Positions 1-11,968 of a stretch of 64,000 bases of DNA are shown one piece after another. Position 1 is the first letter of the stretch, and each line of letters starts with the position of its first letter. The notes under the pieces are model-generated. The model worked only from the letters and a program-made list of their open reading frames with translations, searched no databases and was not told the DNA's origin. This DNA is from Candidatus Latescibacterota bacterium (GTDB lineage Bacteria; Latescibacterota; UBA2968; UBA8231). The position numbers and the translations under genes were made by a program. The stretch spans positions 832,001 to 896,000 of the forward strand of contig CBDCXV010000011.1 in NCBI GenBank assembly GCA_965223905.1. The letters are read 5' to 3'.

Positions 1-1
1 C

Positions 2-613
2 GCCCAGCACTCGCAGAGTCTGCACGCCTTGTTTGCCCACATCCCCGGGCTCAAGGTCGCTGTGCCCTCCTGTCCCGAAGACGTGAAGGGGCTCCTCAAG
101 ACCGCCATTCGCGACGACAACCCGGTGCTCGTTTTCGAAGACAAGATGATGTACAACGATGTCGGTCCGGTACCTCGCCAGGAGTACACCATACCGTTCG
201 GGGAGGCGGCGATCCGCCGCGAAGGCAGCGATGTCACCCTGATCGGAACGTCGAGCATGGTTGGAGTTGCACTCGAAGCGGCCACGGCCCTGGAAGCCGA
301 AAGCATCAGTGCCGAAGTCCTCGACCCCCGCACCCTGTTCCCGCTGGATACCGAAACGATGGTCGCGTCAGTGCGAAAAACGGGGTACGCCGTCGTCATC
401 GACGAGGGTTCCGCCCGCTACGGAGTCACCGGCGAGATCGCCTCCCGAATAAGCGAGGCCGCCTTCGATTACCTCGACGCGCCGGTGATGCGAATCGCCG
501 CTGCGGATGTTCCCGTGCCCTTCAGTCCGTCCCTCGAAATGCCCACCATTCCCAGTGTCGACCAGGTCATCGAGGCCGTCCGCTCGATGAGGGGAAAACC
601 TGTGCTCGCTTGA
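2..613 (+). CDS. 2-oxoacid/acetoin dehydrogenase E1 beta subunit (5'-truncated by window)
   Basis: Frame reads AQHSQSLHALFAHIPGLKV..AIRDDNPVLVFE..EGSDVTLI..DPRTLFPLD..LDAPVMRI (transketolase C-terminal fold). Confidence 0.9.
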   Translation, partial: AQHSQSLHALFAHIPGLKVAVPSCPEDVKGLLKTAIRDDNPVLVFEDKMMYNDVGPVPRQEYTIPFGEAAIRREGSDVTLIGTSSMVGVALEAATALEAESISAEVLDPRTLFPLDTETMVASVRKTGYAVVIDEGSARYGVTGEIASRISEAAFDYLDAPVMRIAAADVPVPFSPSLEMPTIPSVDQVIEAVRSMRGKPVLA

Positions 614-626
614 CCGGCGAGCGCAT

Positions 627-1586
627 TTGTCGCGCCTCCAGCCGGAACAAACCCATACCGTGGCCACCCGACCAGTATGCCTCGTGTCCGGATCCAGCAG
701 CGGGATCGGGGAGGCCATGGTCCGCTGTTTTGCCAGCAACGGCTACGACGTAGTCATCAACTACCATTCCGGGCGCGAGAGAGCCGAGGAGATCGCCGGC
801 TCGATCCGCTCCCGGGACGGGGTCGAGGTCCTATGCATCGGTGCGGATCTGGCGCAGCGGGACGAGCCGTTCCGACTCGTCGATGAGGCGTTCGAACAGT
901 TCGGGAGACTCGACGTCGCCATCAGCAACAGCGGCATCGTCAACTACCTCAAGGATGACAGCGGCCAACTGCAGCGATTCCGCTTCCACGAGTGCCCGCC
1001 GGAGCATCTCGACGGCGAGATGGAGCGCGTCCTCAACCTCAACTTGAAAGGGGCCTACCGCCTGGCGCAGCGCGCACTGCAGCATATGATCGCTCAGTCA
1101 GAGGCGGAACAGGCCCGGGGTAATCAACCCGCACACCGCAGTATTCTCTTCATCACATCGATCTCCGACGTGGCTCCGGAGTCGACCCGCATTCCGTATG
1201 GAGTAAGCAAGGCAGGACTGAATCACGCCGTCATCGGCGCTGCTCTCGAAGGCGGACGCTACAACATCACGGCCAACGCGCTGCGTCCGGGAGTCATCGA
1301 CACTCCGTTGACGCGCCGCCCTTCGGGACTGTCCGACCCTGACTCGGGCGAGGAATTCACGGTGGCCGATACCTACGGCCTGATGGCGGAAGGGGGCGCC
1401 CAGGCGATCCCCCGCATCGGCACAGCCGGGGAAATAGCGGAGGCGGCCTTCGCTTTTATTCGCCTGCCGTTCATGACCGGTCAACTGATCGCCGTAGACG
1501 GCGGCCTGACCTTGGCTGGAGCTTTTGGGAACCGTGAGCTGTTTCTCAGGGAGGGCCTGAAAAAAAGAAGGGCCCAGCTTCGCTGA
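627..1586 (+). CDS. SDR family oxidoreductase
   Basis: SGSSSGIG Rossmann motif, YGVSK (YxxxK), PGVIDT, TGQLIAVDGG; start codon uncertain. Confidence 0.88.
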   Translation: MSRLQPEQTHTVATRPVCLVSGSSSGIGEAMVRCFASNGYDVVINYHSGRERAEEIAGSIRSRDGVEVLCIGADLAQRDEPFRLVDEAFEQFGRLDVAISNSGIVNYLKDDSGQLQRFRFHECPPEHLDGEMERVLNLNLKGAYRLAQRALQHMIAQSEAEQARGNQPAHRSILFITSISDVAPESTRIPYGVSKAGLNHAVIGAALEGGRYNITANALRPGVIDTPLTRRPSGLSDPDSGEEFTVADTYGLMAEGGAQAIPRIGTAGEIAEAAFAFIRLPFMTGQLIAVDGGLTLAGAFGNRELFLREGLKKRRAQLR

Positions 1587-1621
1587 GCCCGACCGGGATA
1601 TCCCAAGGGAGCCCTGTGCTG

Positions 1622-2374
1622 CTAGTGCTCCCTGATGCTTCCCATACGGATTTCGATATCCTCGCGGTTGGCGATCCGCTCGAGTTTGCCGTCGCGGATC
1701 CAGGCCATCCGGTCCGCGGCGGTGAGCATCTTGTCATCGTGGGTCACAGTGATGATGGTAGTGCCCGATCCCTGCTGCAGATTCTTCATGTGATCGATGA
1801 TTTCCTGACCGGTTTTGCTGTCGAGATTGCCCGTCGGTTCATCGGCCAGGATTATGCGGGGCTTGTTGACGAAAGCCCGGGCGATGGCGACCCGTTGCAT
1901 CTGTCCGCCGCTCAACTCCGACGGCAGGTGATGTGCCCGGTCATCCAGCCCGACGATGCGCAGGCACTCCATCGCCCGCTCCTCTCCTTCCGCCGTGGAC
2001 ATGCCGGCAAATATCGTCGGCAGCGACACGTTCATCAGGGCGCTCATGACCGGCAGCAGGTTGTAGGTCTGAAAGATGTACCCCAGCTCGAAACATCGGA
2101 CCGCGGCCAGCTGCTGCGGCGACAGGGATGCGAGATTGACGCCTTCAATAAGCACCTGCCCCGAGGTCGGAGTCTGCAGGGCCCCGATCTGATTGAACAA
2201 GGTGCTCTTGCCGGATCCCGACGGCCCCATAATGGCGAAAAATTCGTTTTCCAACACCTGCAGGGTGAGCCCCCTCAGCGCGTGGACATGAGTGGATTCG
2301 TCCCGATTCCTGGCGTTGTACACCATCGTAACATCTTGAACGTCGACGATTATCGGTCCAGTGTTACTCGCCAT
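1622..2374 (-). CDS. ABC transporter ATP-binding protein (LolD/MacB-type), no adjacent permease
   Basis: Walker [38 protein letters not shown]. Confidence 0.93.
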   Translation of the reverse strand: MASNTGPIIVDVQDVTMVYNARNRDESTHVHALRGLTLQVLENEFFAIMGPSGSGKSTLFNQIGALQTPTSGQVLIEGVNLASLSPQQLAAVRCFELGYIFQTYNLLPVMSALMNVSLPTIFAGMSTAEGEERAMECLRIVGLDDRAHHLPSELSGGQMQRVAIARAFVNKPRIILADEPTGNLDSKTGQEIIDHMKNLQQGSGTTIITVTHDDKMLTAADRMAWIRDGKLERIANREDIEIRMGSIREH

Positions 2375-2552
2375 GAGGCTGTTTTTTTCTGGTTGTATGT
2401 CCGGGGATCACGAAGGCGCAGACCGCAGCGGGCCGCGGCTGACGAAAGGCCCAATGTACTTTCCCGGACTGACATGGTCAATCACGGAAATCTCGTTGAA
2501 ATACCCGGAAATGCACAGGACAAAGACGGGCCCGACACCCGACCCGGAGCTC

Positions 2553-4550
2553 TCAGCCGGCCGCTTTTTCGCGCTGGCGATTGATCTCGTCCCGCAGCTG
2601 AGCGGCTTTTTCGAATTCGAGGGCCGCCGCGGCCTGGGCCATCCGCTTCTCCAGTTCGGCCAGGAGCTCAGCGGCGTCCTCCTTGGCGGCACCGTAGTTG
2701 GCTGCGGATTCACCCACCGCCTCTCTCTTGTCTTCCCGGGCGTGCTCGAGGACGGAGGTCGTCTGCAGGATGTCCTCCGCGGAGCGCAGGATCGTTTGGG
2801 GCACAATGCCGTGTTCCTCGTTGTACTCCTGTTGCAAACGGCGGCGGCGATCGGTTTCGGCGATCGTACGCTGCATCGAACCGGTCATCTTGTCGGCATA
2901 GAAGATCACCAGTCCGGCGGCGTTTCGCGCCGCCCGCCCTACGGTCTGGATCAGCGATTGCTCCGAACGCAGGAATCCCTCCTTGTCGGCGTCGAGAATG
3001 GCGACGAAGGACACCTCGGGTAGATCGAGACCCTCGCGGAGCAGGTTTATTCCCACAAGCACGTCGAACTCCCCCAGACGCAGGTCGCGCAGGATGCTGA
3101 CGCGATCCAGGGTGTCGACCTCGGAGTGCAGGTAGCGCACCCGGAAGCCGTTCTGATCGAGGTACTCCGTCAGGCGCTCGGCCATCCTTTTCGTCAACGT
3201 CGTCACCAGCACCCTCTCCCTCCGCTCGGCGCGCCGGCGAATCTCCTCCATGAGGTCGTCGACCTGGTTTCCCAGAGGGCGCACCTCGATTTCCGGATCG
3301 ACGAGGCCGGTGGGCCGGATCACCTGCTCGACGATTACTCCTCCCGACCGTTCGAGTTCGTACGGACCCGGCGTCGCCGAAACGAAGACGGTGTCGCCGA
3401 CCTTTTCTTCGAACTCCTCGAAATAGAGAGGACGGTTGTCGTACGCAGACGGCAGGCGGAAACCGTGCTCGACCAGCATGTCCTTGCGCGACCGGTCTCC
3501 CCGCCACATGCCGCGAATCTGCGGGATCGTCATGTGCGATTCGTCGATCAGCAGCAGGAAGTCCTCGGGGAAATAGTCAATCAACACGTACGGCGCCTGT
3601 CCGGGCTCGCGTCCGTCCATGTAGCGGCTGTAGTTCTCGATCCCGGGGCAGGTGCCGATCTCGCGGATCATCTCGACATCGTATTTTGTGCGCGTCTCCA
3701 GCCGGTGTGCTTCGAGGAGCTTGTCCTCCGTTCGCAGGTCGAGGAGGCGGCCCTCGAGCTCGTGCAGGATTCCCTCGCAGGCCCGCTCGGTCTTGTCCTC
3801 GTCGGTGACGTACGCCTTGGCCGGATAGAAGGTCGCCTCTTCTCTCTTTTCCCGCGTCGTGCCGGTTACCGCGTCCACCACCGCAATCGCCTCCACCTCG
3901 TCCCCGAACAGCTCGATGCGGACGGCCCTCTCCTCAACGGCCGGGACCACCTCGATGATGTCCCCGCGCACGCGGAAGTGCCCGCGCTTGAGCTCGAGGT
4001 CGTGGCGGCTGTAGTAGATGTCGATCAGGCGCCGTAGGATCTCGTCCCGCTCGACCCGGTCCCCTACCCGCAGGGTCAGCTTCTGTTCGCTGAACTCGAC
4101 CGGCGATCCCAGGCCGAAGATGCAGGAAACGGTCGCCACGATGACTACGTCGCTCCGTTCGAGCAGAGACGTCATCGCCCGCAACCGCAAGCGGTCGATC
4201 TCCTCGTTGAGGTCGACCTCCTTCTCGATGTAGGTGTCGGTCGCCGGGCGGTAGGCTTCCGGCTGGTAGTAGTCGTAGTAGCTGACGAAGTACTCTACCG
4301 CGTTGTCGGGGAAATACCCCTGAAACTCGCCGTACAGCTGCGCCGCAAGAGTCTTGTTGTGGGAGATGACGAGAGTCGGCCGACCGAGCTGCTGGATGGC
4401 ATTGGCCATGGTAAAGGTCTTGCCGCTGCCGGTGACTCCGAGGAGGGTCTGGAACTGCTGTCCGCCGGCGACCCCGGCTACCAGCTCTTCAATGGCCCTG
4501 GGTTGATCGCCGGCAGGCCGGTACTCGGAAACCAGGTCGAATCCAGACAC
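2553..4550 (-). CDS. uvrB: Excinuclease ABC subunit B
   Basis: [52 protein letters not shown]-terminal UVR domain [11 protein letters not shown]. Confidence 0.99.
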   Translation of the reverse strand: MSGFDLVSEYRPAGDQPRAIEELVAGVAGGQQFQTLLGVTGSGKTFTMANAIQQLGRPTLVISHNKTLAAQLYGEFQGYFPDNAVEYFVSYYDYYQPEAYRPATDTYIEKEVDLNEEIDRLRLRAMTSLLERSDVVIVATVSCIFGLGSPVEFSEQKLTLRVGDRVERDEILRRLIDIYYSRHDLELKRGHFRVRGDIIEVVPAVEERAVRIELFGDEVEAIAVVDAVTGTTREKREEATFYPAKAYVTDEDKTERACEGILHELEGRLLDLRTEDKLLEAHRLETRTKYDVEMIREIGTCPGIENYSRYMDGREPGQAPYVLIDYFPEDFLLLIDESHMTIPQIRGMWRGDRSRKDMLVEHGFRLPSAYDNRPLYFEEFEEKVGDTVFVSATPGPYELERSGGVIVEQVIRPTGLVDPEIEVRPLGNQVDDLMEEIRRRAERRERVLVTTLTKRMAERLTEYLDQNGFRVRYLHSEVDTLDRVSILRDLRLGEFDVLVGINLLREGLDLPEVSFVAILDADKEGFLRSEQSLIQTVGRAARNAAGLVIFYADKMTGSMQRTIAETDRRRRLQQEYNEEHGIVPQTILRSAEDILQTTSVLEHAREDKREAVGESAANYGAAKEDAAELLAELEKRMAQAAAALEFEKAAQLRDEINRQREKAAG

Positions 4551-4913
4551 GCTGTGGTTGCTCTCTATGAATCCGGGGGAAGAAGGTGTCGTCCCATCAG
4601 CGGGGCGAAATCAGTGCAGGTGCCGGGAACCGCGGCCACTGCGCTCCTCGACCCACGGCCGGACATCCCTTCCAGGTTTGGGGGGCAGGGCCCTGCGATC
4701 CTTCAAGTTTTCCAGGAGGATACCGGGTAGGAACCTAATCTATCCGGGGCATGCAACGGGTGCAATTTTAAGGCGCACCCCTTCCAATGATCGGACTAAA
4801 GTGCCGTTTCTGCATGAATCGCAGTCGCTGTGGCAGTTTTTCGGTTTTCCACTACCGACTCGAAAACGGTGTAACTTTATATTAAATAAATGTATATCGG
4901 ATAACCGACCAGC

Positions 4914-4928
4914 TGGCACAACAATTGC
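4914..4928 (+). promoter_or_regulatory. Sigma-54 (-24/-12) promoter of dnaK
   Basis: TGGCAC-AACAA-TTGC, exact TGGCAC-N5-TTGC consensus, ~60 nt before the dnaK ATG and preceded by an AT-rich tract (4872-4900). Confidence 0.75.
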
Positions 4929-4990
4929 GACAGGTATCTCGACCAATCACCTGCACGCAGTCTCATTTCAGATAGAAAGAGGGAAAGTCG

Positions 4991-6928
<1,938 letters not shown>

Positions 6929-7058
6929 CCCCCGGCCGCGGGGAGGGCGAACTTTTCGGAATCACTGCCCGCTGCGGGTAATACGGGCATCAAGCCTGAA
7001 CGGACGTCCCGGCATTCGACGTGGGGACTGCGAAGCGCTGAAGGATGCGGAAAATGAG

Positions 7059-7088
7059 AGGGGCCCGAAGAAGTCCGGGCCCCTTTTT
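7059..7088 (+). terminator. Intrinsic terminator between convergent dnaK and ADH genes
   Basis: AGGGGCCCG-AAGAAGTC-CGGGCCCCT stem-loop followed by TTTT. Confidence 0.75.
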
Positions 7089-7103
7089 CTACCAGGGTGA
7101 AGT

Positions 7104-8132
7104 TCAGGGATGGAGAACAAGCTTGATCCCTTCCTGCTTCTCCATCATGTCGAAACCGCGGTCCCATTCCGCCAGCGGCAGCTCGTGTGAAACAAGCTTC
7201 TCGCAGTCGATCACGCCCTGCTCCATCAGTTTCAGCGACCGCTCCCAGGCCGGCCGCCTCTGCCCGATCCCTCCGCTCACCTGCAGTTCCTTGTAGGCCA
7301 CCTTCTCGAAGTCGACCTGCACCGGCTTCCCGGGAAGCCCCATTTGCGACACCTTGCCCCGTTTGCGCACCATGTCGAGGGCGAGGTCGATGGCAGGTGC
7401 CACCCCGGCGCATTCGACCACGACATCTGCGCCGTAGCCACCTGTCAGCTCGCGCGCTCGCTCCGCGGCGTCGTTCTCGTCGACGACTGCGGTCTCATCG
7501 ATCCCCAGCTCTTCGGCAAATCGGAGGCGTTGGCGATCCCTGGAAGTGCCGCAGACCATCACCGTTCCACCCTCCGCCTTCGCTACCAGGGCCGAGAACA
7601 AACCGACCGGTCCCGGTCCGATGACTGCGACGAAATCTCCTGCAGCCACCCCCGCTTGTTCGATTACGGAGTGAACGCAGCACGCCAGGAGCTCGGTTAC
7701 CGCCCCTGCCGTGAAGCTGACGTTGTCCGGCAGGCGATGGACGAAACCGGCGTTGACGTACGGGGCAAAGCAGCCGTTGTGGTAGTAGCCCATCACCCTG
7801 CGGTCCGGACAGAGGTTGTAGTGTTCGCTCAGGCAGTAGGAACAGCTGCCGCAGATCTCGATGCTCGGTTCACCGGTGACGCGGTCCCCGACTGCCACCC
7901 CATCGCCGACCCCGGCCCCTATTTCGATCACGACGCCGCTGAACTCGTGGCCCATGACCACCGGGGTGCGGATGTTGTAGTTGATCGTGTCGTGGAGGAT
8001 GTGTAGATCGGATCCGCAGATCCCGCTCGCCTTCACTTCGATCTTCACCTGCGAGGGCCCGGGAGGCTGCTCCTCGACGTCGCGAAGCTCCACGAACCCG
8101 CGGCCGCGCTGGTATTTGACAACTCCCTTCAC
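7104..8132 (-). CDS. Zn-dependent alcohol/polyol dehydrogenase (iditol/threonine dehydrogenase-like)
   Basis: GICGSDLH, MGHEFSG, CGSCSYC...C structural Zn site, GPGPVG. Confidence 0.93.
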   Translation of the reverse strand: MKGVVKYQRGRGFVELRDVEEQPPGPSQVKIEVKASGICGSDLHILHDTINYNIRTPVVMGHEFSGVVIEIGAGVGDGVAVGDRVTGEPSIEICGSCSYCLSEHYNLCPDRRVMGYYHNGCFAPYVNAGFVHRLPDNVSFTAGAVTELLACCVHSVIEQAGVAAGDFVAVIGPGPVGLFSALVAKAEGGTVMVCGTSRDRQRLRFAEELGIDETAVVDENDAAERARELTGGYGADVVVECAGVAPAIDLALDMVRKRGKVSQMGLPGKPVQVDFEKVAYKELQVSGGIGQRRPAWERSLKLMEQGVIDCEKLVSHELPLAEWDRGFDMMEKQEGIKLVLHP

Positions 8133-8155
8133 CTTCCGGCTTTCCTCCTCGTCAA

Positions 8156-9181
8156 CTACTGCGTTTGCACGAACTTCAGGCGATCGCCGGAGGCGATTTG
8201 TCCGCTGCCGATCATCACGACTCGCGAGACACGCGCCCCGACGACGTCGGCAACCTCGACCAGGCCCACGCTCACCAAGGTGTCCAGCTCTTCCTCGATT
8301 GCCCGCTCGGGCCCGGGGTAGACCTCGAACCGGTACCCCCTGTGCACGGCGTTCTCGCTCCCCAGGTTGATGAATATCTCGTCGCCGTACACCGACAGGA
8401 TCTCCGCCGGTTCGCTTCCCAGGCGAATGTTCCCCGGGAGAATCAGCTCGGAGAGCTTGTCCGCTACCTCGACGAGCGCCCGAAACGTCGCCTCACCTAT
8501 CGGAGTGGCGCGAAAATCGTCGGAGCCGAACACCATCTTGTCGAGATTGACGAACTGGAAGTCCTGCTCGCGCGGCTTGCCGAACAGGTCGAGTCCGATA
8601 TCACGGTCGGTCGTTTCCTTTTTCGAATACAAACTCCCGATCGTCGACAGGTCCCCTCCCCGCATCGCGGTCAGCTCAAGTTCGGCGATGCCGCTGAAGG
8701 ATTTGTACCCGGCGAGGAGCGGATCTCCGACATGGAGCCGTTCCATGTTGTAGTCGAGAACCGTTCCCTTCAGAAGGATGTCGGCGCGCAGCATGGCGGC
8801 GACGCGTAGAAGCTCCTCGTCGGGCCAGTGATCGCGCGCACCGCCTGCGACCTGCCGCACTGCGTCGTACGGAACGGAGCGCCAGACATCCTGCGATCCC
8901 AGTTCCTCTGTCAGCAGGGCTGGAAGCTCGTTTTCTATATCCCACACACCTTTACGAAATCCGGACACGTCCTTCATCGGCAGGACGGCGATCCAGGGCT
9001 TTTTGCTTTCCGGGGCGGTCTCCTCGGCCGGCAGGCTCTCCAGGTAGAGTTCCAGAGGGGTCCTTTGCGTCTCGTCCGGCTCCGCGGTCGCGGCAGGTTC
9101 GGGAACCGGTTTTGTAAGCGGGGCGCAGGAGACGAGAAAAAGGAGTGCGGCTCGGATGATTATTGGAGGCCGGATGAACAC
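8156..9181 (-). CDS. Putative lipoprotein with CsgG/TolB-N-like domain and FlgT-C-like C-terminal domain
   Basis: Lipobox LLFLVSC after a likely GTG start at 9181; IAVLPM..ADILLKGTVLDY; C-terminal IFINLGSENAVHRGYRFEVY..VGLVEV. Confidence 0.6.
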   Translation of the reverse strand: MFIRPPIIIRAALLFLVSCAPLTKPVPEPAATAEPDETQRTPLELYLESLPAEETAPESKKPWIAVLPMKDVSGFRKGVWDIENELPALLTEELGSQDVWRSVPYDAVRQVAGGARDHWPDEELLRVAAMLRADILLKGTVLDYNMERLHVGDPLLAGYKSFSGIAELELTAMRGGDLSTIGSLYSKKETTDRDIGLDLFGKPREQDFQFVNLDKMVFGSDDFRATPIGEATFRALVEVADKLSELILPGNIRLGSEPAEILSVYGDEIFINLGSENAVHRGYRFEVYPGPERAIEEELDTLVSVGLVEVADVVGARVSRVVMIGSGQIASGDRLKFVQTQ

Positions 9182-9310
9182 TTTGGGCAGTCCGGGGAGT
9201 AATGTGGTCGATTGGAAACAAGGCCCCGTTCCCGAGGCTGTCAACGGGATTCCCGCGCCTGGTTCCCCTGGGAAATGAACCGGTGCCGATCTGTCCGGGC
9301 GATCCACGGG

Positions 9311-10270
9311 CTAGTCCCAGGCCAGGATGACGGCCATCGTTTCTCCGGGCCGGTCGTAGAGCAGGTCGAACGCCCCCTTGGCCTCGGTGAACGGGAAGCG
9401 GTGGGTGATCATCCGTTCCGTGGCGATGGCCCCTCTCGCCAGTAGGGACATCGCCTCTACCGAGCTCGCCTTCCTGGCATCGAGGTCGATGTACCCTCCC
9501 AGCAGCCGCCGGCCTTGGATCCGGTTCGAATGAAGGGGCAGCGGCTCGTTTTCGTAAAGACCCAGCACGTGCAGCAGGCCGCCTCGTTTCAGCATCTCCT
9601 GGGCCTGCTCGAATGCCCTGGCGCCGCCCGGTCCGCCAACCGCTTCGACGACGACGTCGGCCCCCTCTCCGGTGAGACCGCGGATCGCCTCGACGGGATC
9701 ATCAACGGAGGCGTCGACCACCTCGTCGGCGCCCAGGGCACACGCCAGGTCGCAGCGCAGCGGCAGGGCGTCTACGGCGATGATCCGGGGAGCGTACAGC
9801 TTCCTCGCGACCTGCATGCACAGGCTTCCCACCAGCCCCTGTCCCAGGATCACGAGGGTCTCCCCCCGGGCGATACCCGCCTCCTGCATCCACCGGACCG
9901 AGCTGGTCGTCAAGGGCCAGAAGGTAGCGGTCTCGAAGCTGACCCCGTCGGGAAGCGGGATGATGTCGCCGCGGTGGCGCTCGACGTCGACAACGACGTA
10001 TTCGGCATGGGGCCGCACGGAGGTGACGCGGTCCCCCGCGGCGTACCCGTCGACCTCGGCGCCCACCTCGACGACGAAACCGGCCTGCGAGTACCCCATG
10101 ATGGCTGGGTCGACAGGGCTCTCCCTGGTGTATCGGGCGCCGATCTCCGAGCCGCGGCTGATCAGGGTGCGCTCCGTCTTCACGAGGACCTCTGTGGGGG
10201 AAATCCGGGGAGTCTCGACCTCCTCGACGACGATGTTGTGCAGACCCTCCGGTTTGGCTACACGCCTCAT
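9311..10270 (-). CDS. Zinc-binding dehydrogenase family (MDR) protein
   Basis: LISRGSE, GYSQAGFVVEVG, GQGLVG, ADVVVEAVG, ITHRFPF. Confidence 0.88.
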   Translation of the reverse strand: MRRVAKPEGLHNIVVEEVETPRISPTEVLVKTERTLISRGSEIGARYTRESPVDPAIMGYSQAGFVVEVGAEVDGYAAGDRVTSVRPHAEYVVVDVERHRGDIIPLPDGVSFETATFWPLTTSSVRWMQEAGIARGETLVILGQGLVGSLCMQVARKLYAPRIIAVDALPLRCDLACALGADEVVDASVDDPVEAIRGLTGEGADVVVEAVGGPGGARAFEQAQEMLKRGGLLHVLGLYENEPLPLHSNRIQGRRLLGGYIDLDARKASSVEAMSLLARGAIATERMITHRFPFTEAKGAFDLLYDRPGETMAVILAWD

Positions 10271-10541
10271 GATTCCTTTTCCCAGCTCCCGGTTTTCTGC
10301 ACTGCCGGCGTAGAGTACGGGACCGAAAGAACACCGATCGGCCGCGTCTCCATGACCTTCGCAGTACCCCGGTATCTACACCGACTTCGCGGGAGGGTTA
10401 CGTCGCCCGGGAACGGCCACTCCTCATCCCTCACAGGGAGCCGACCCATTCCTCCGGGACGTACCGTTCCAAGGCCGGCAGGTTGGTCGGTGATCCGATT
10501 CGTTCCGGGCTTGGGGGTCACCGTTGCCGCCGCCCATTCCC

Positions 10542-11322
10542 TTATTCAGGAAAGTCGAGGTCGCTGACGCTTCTGCCCTGATGGACGATGGCTGCCAAGG
10601 CCGCGGTCATTCCCGCGGGGTCTCCGCTCTGCCATACGTTGCGCCCGAGGGCGACCCGGCCCCGCACGCCATCGCCTCGGCCACCATCTCCAGGGCCTCG
10701 CGCGCCGTCTCCTTGCGCCGCCCGCCCGCCACCACGAGCGGAACAGGACAGGCCCTCCACCAGCAGCCGGAAGGTTTCGACATCGCCAGTGTTTGATGTC
10801 TTGACGATGTCGGCTCCAGAGCTCCGCTCCCGCCCGTGCCGCCAGCAGCTCCGCCCCGTGACCCTGCCGGGCAAGCAGCTCTTCGGTCGGGTAGATCATC
10901 GCCAGCACCGGAAATCCCCAACGTTCGCAGCGGTCGACGACGGTGCGAACGTTCTCGAGCATGTGGATTTCGTGCGGCGAGCCGATCATCACCTGCACCG
11001 AAACCGCGTCGGCGCCGTTCCGCAGGGCGACTTCCACCGTGCTGATCAGGGTGAGGTCGTTCTCCGCGGTGACGATGTTGGTCAGGTTGAAGACAGAGCC
11101 GCACCTGTTGGCGTACTCCCTCCAGATACTGCGCGCCAAGCCGGCGTTGAAGATCATTGGGTCGGCGCCGCCGGAGACGACCTCCCGAACCGTGGCTGCC
11201 GGATCCTCGATACCCGGGACCGGGCCCTGAATCACCCCGTGGTCGAGCGGCACCATGACCGTCTTTCCGGTGCCTGCGTTGACTATGCGCACGTAGCGCA
11301 CGGTTTTTCCGACGTCGATCAT
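10542..11322 (-). pseudogene. DhnA/LsrF-type class I aldolase, frameshifted about 3 times
   Basis: VPLDHG..AARAGAEL / GADIVKT / PVPLVVAGG / ALGRNVWQ lie in different reading frames. Confidence 0.8.
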
Positions 11323-11968
11323 GCCCGGGCAGTCTCACCTGCTGCCCGCCGTGTGTCAAGCATCCTATCCTCTCGCATCCAGGAGCGGAATCCCGGCAAC
11401 ACGCATATCGGCGACCTCGGGAAAATGGCGGTAATGTCTGAGTATAGACCCTACAAATGGCCAGCGGCTCCCCTGGAAATCGTTCTGCCCGGGCTCGTCA
11501 ACAGCAATCTCAATGCTTCCATGACGCTCTCCGAACCGGATCACGAGCTCGACCCCGGTTCATGCGCCGGGACCTCCCCATCGAGTGGGGCCGTCTCTCC
11601 TGTCTCCATCGGCCTGGAACCGGTCCGACTCTTCATCCTGCCGGCAGCTTCGACGACAGCTCCGGATGCAGGGAGATCGTTTAACGGCTCGACGAGGATG
11701 CAGCTCGTCGTCGTGGAGCTGCAACGTATCCTGGTCGCACAGGGCCAGGTTATCGAACTGCCGGGGTCACCGCGATCCGGTCTGCCGGCCGCAACCGCCG
11801 TCGGTATGCTTCCGGGGTGCGTCGCTCGACCGAGGCAGGGAGCCCCTGGCCCCGGTCGGCGCAAGGATGGGGGCCCGGAGCGGCGACACTCGATTCCAGC
11901 CAACAGATCCGGCAGGATATTCCCTGCCGGGTGCTGCCGGACCGGTGTGGGGCCCTCTCCGTAACGGT

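Noticed and set aside
4560-4990. CIRCE or SOS box between uvrB and dnaK
   Set aside because: No TTAGCACTC-N9-GAGTGCTAA and no recognisable LexA palindrome.
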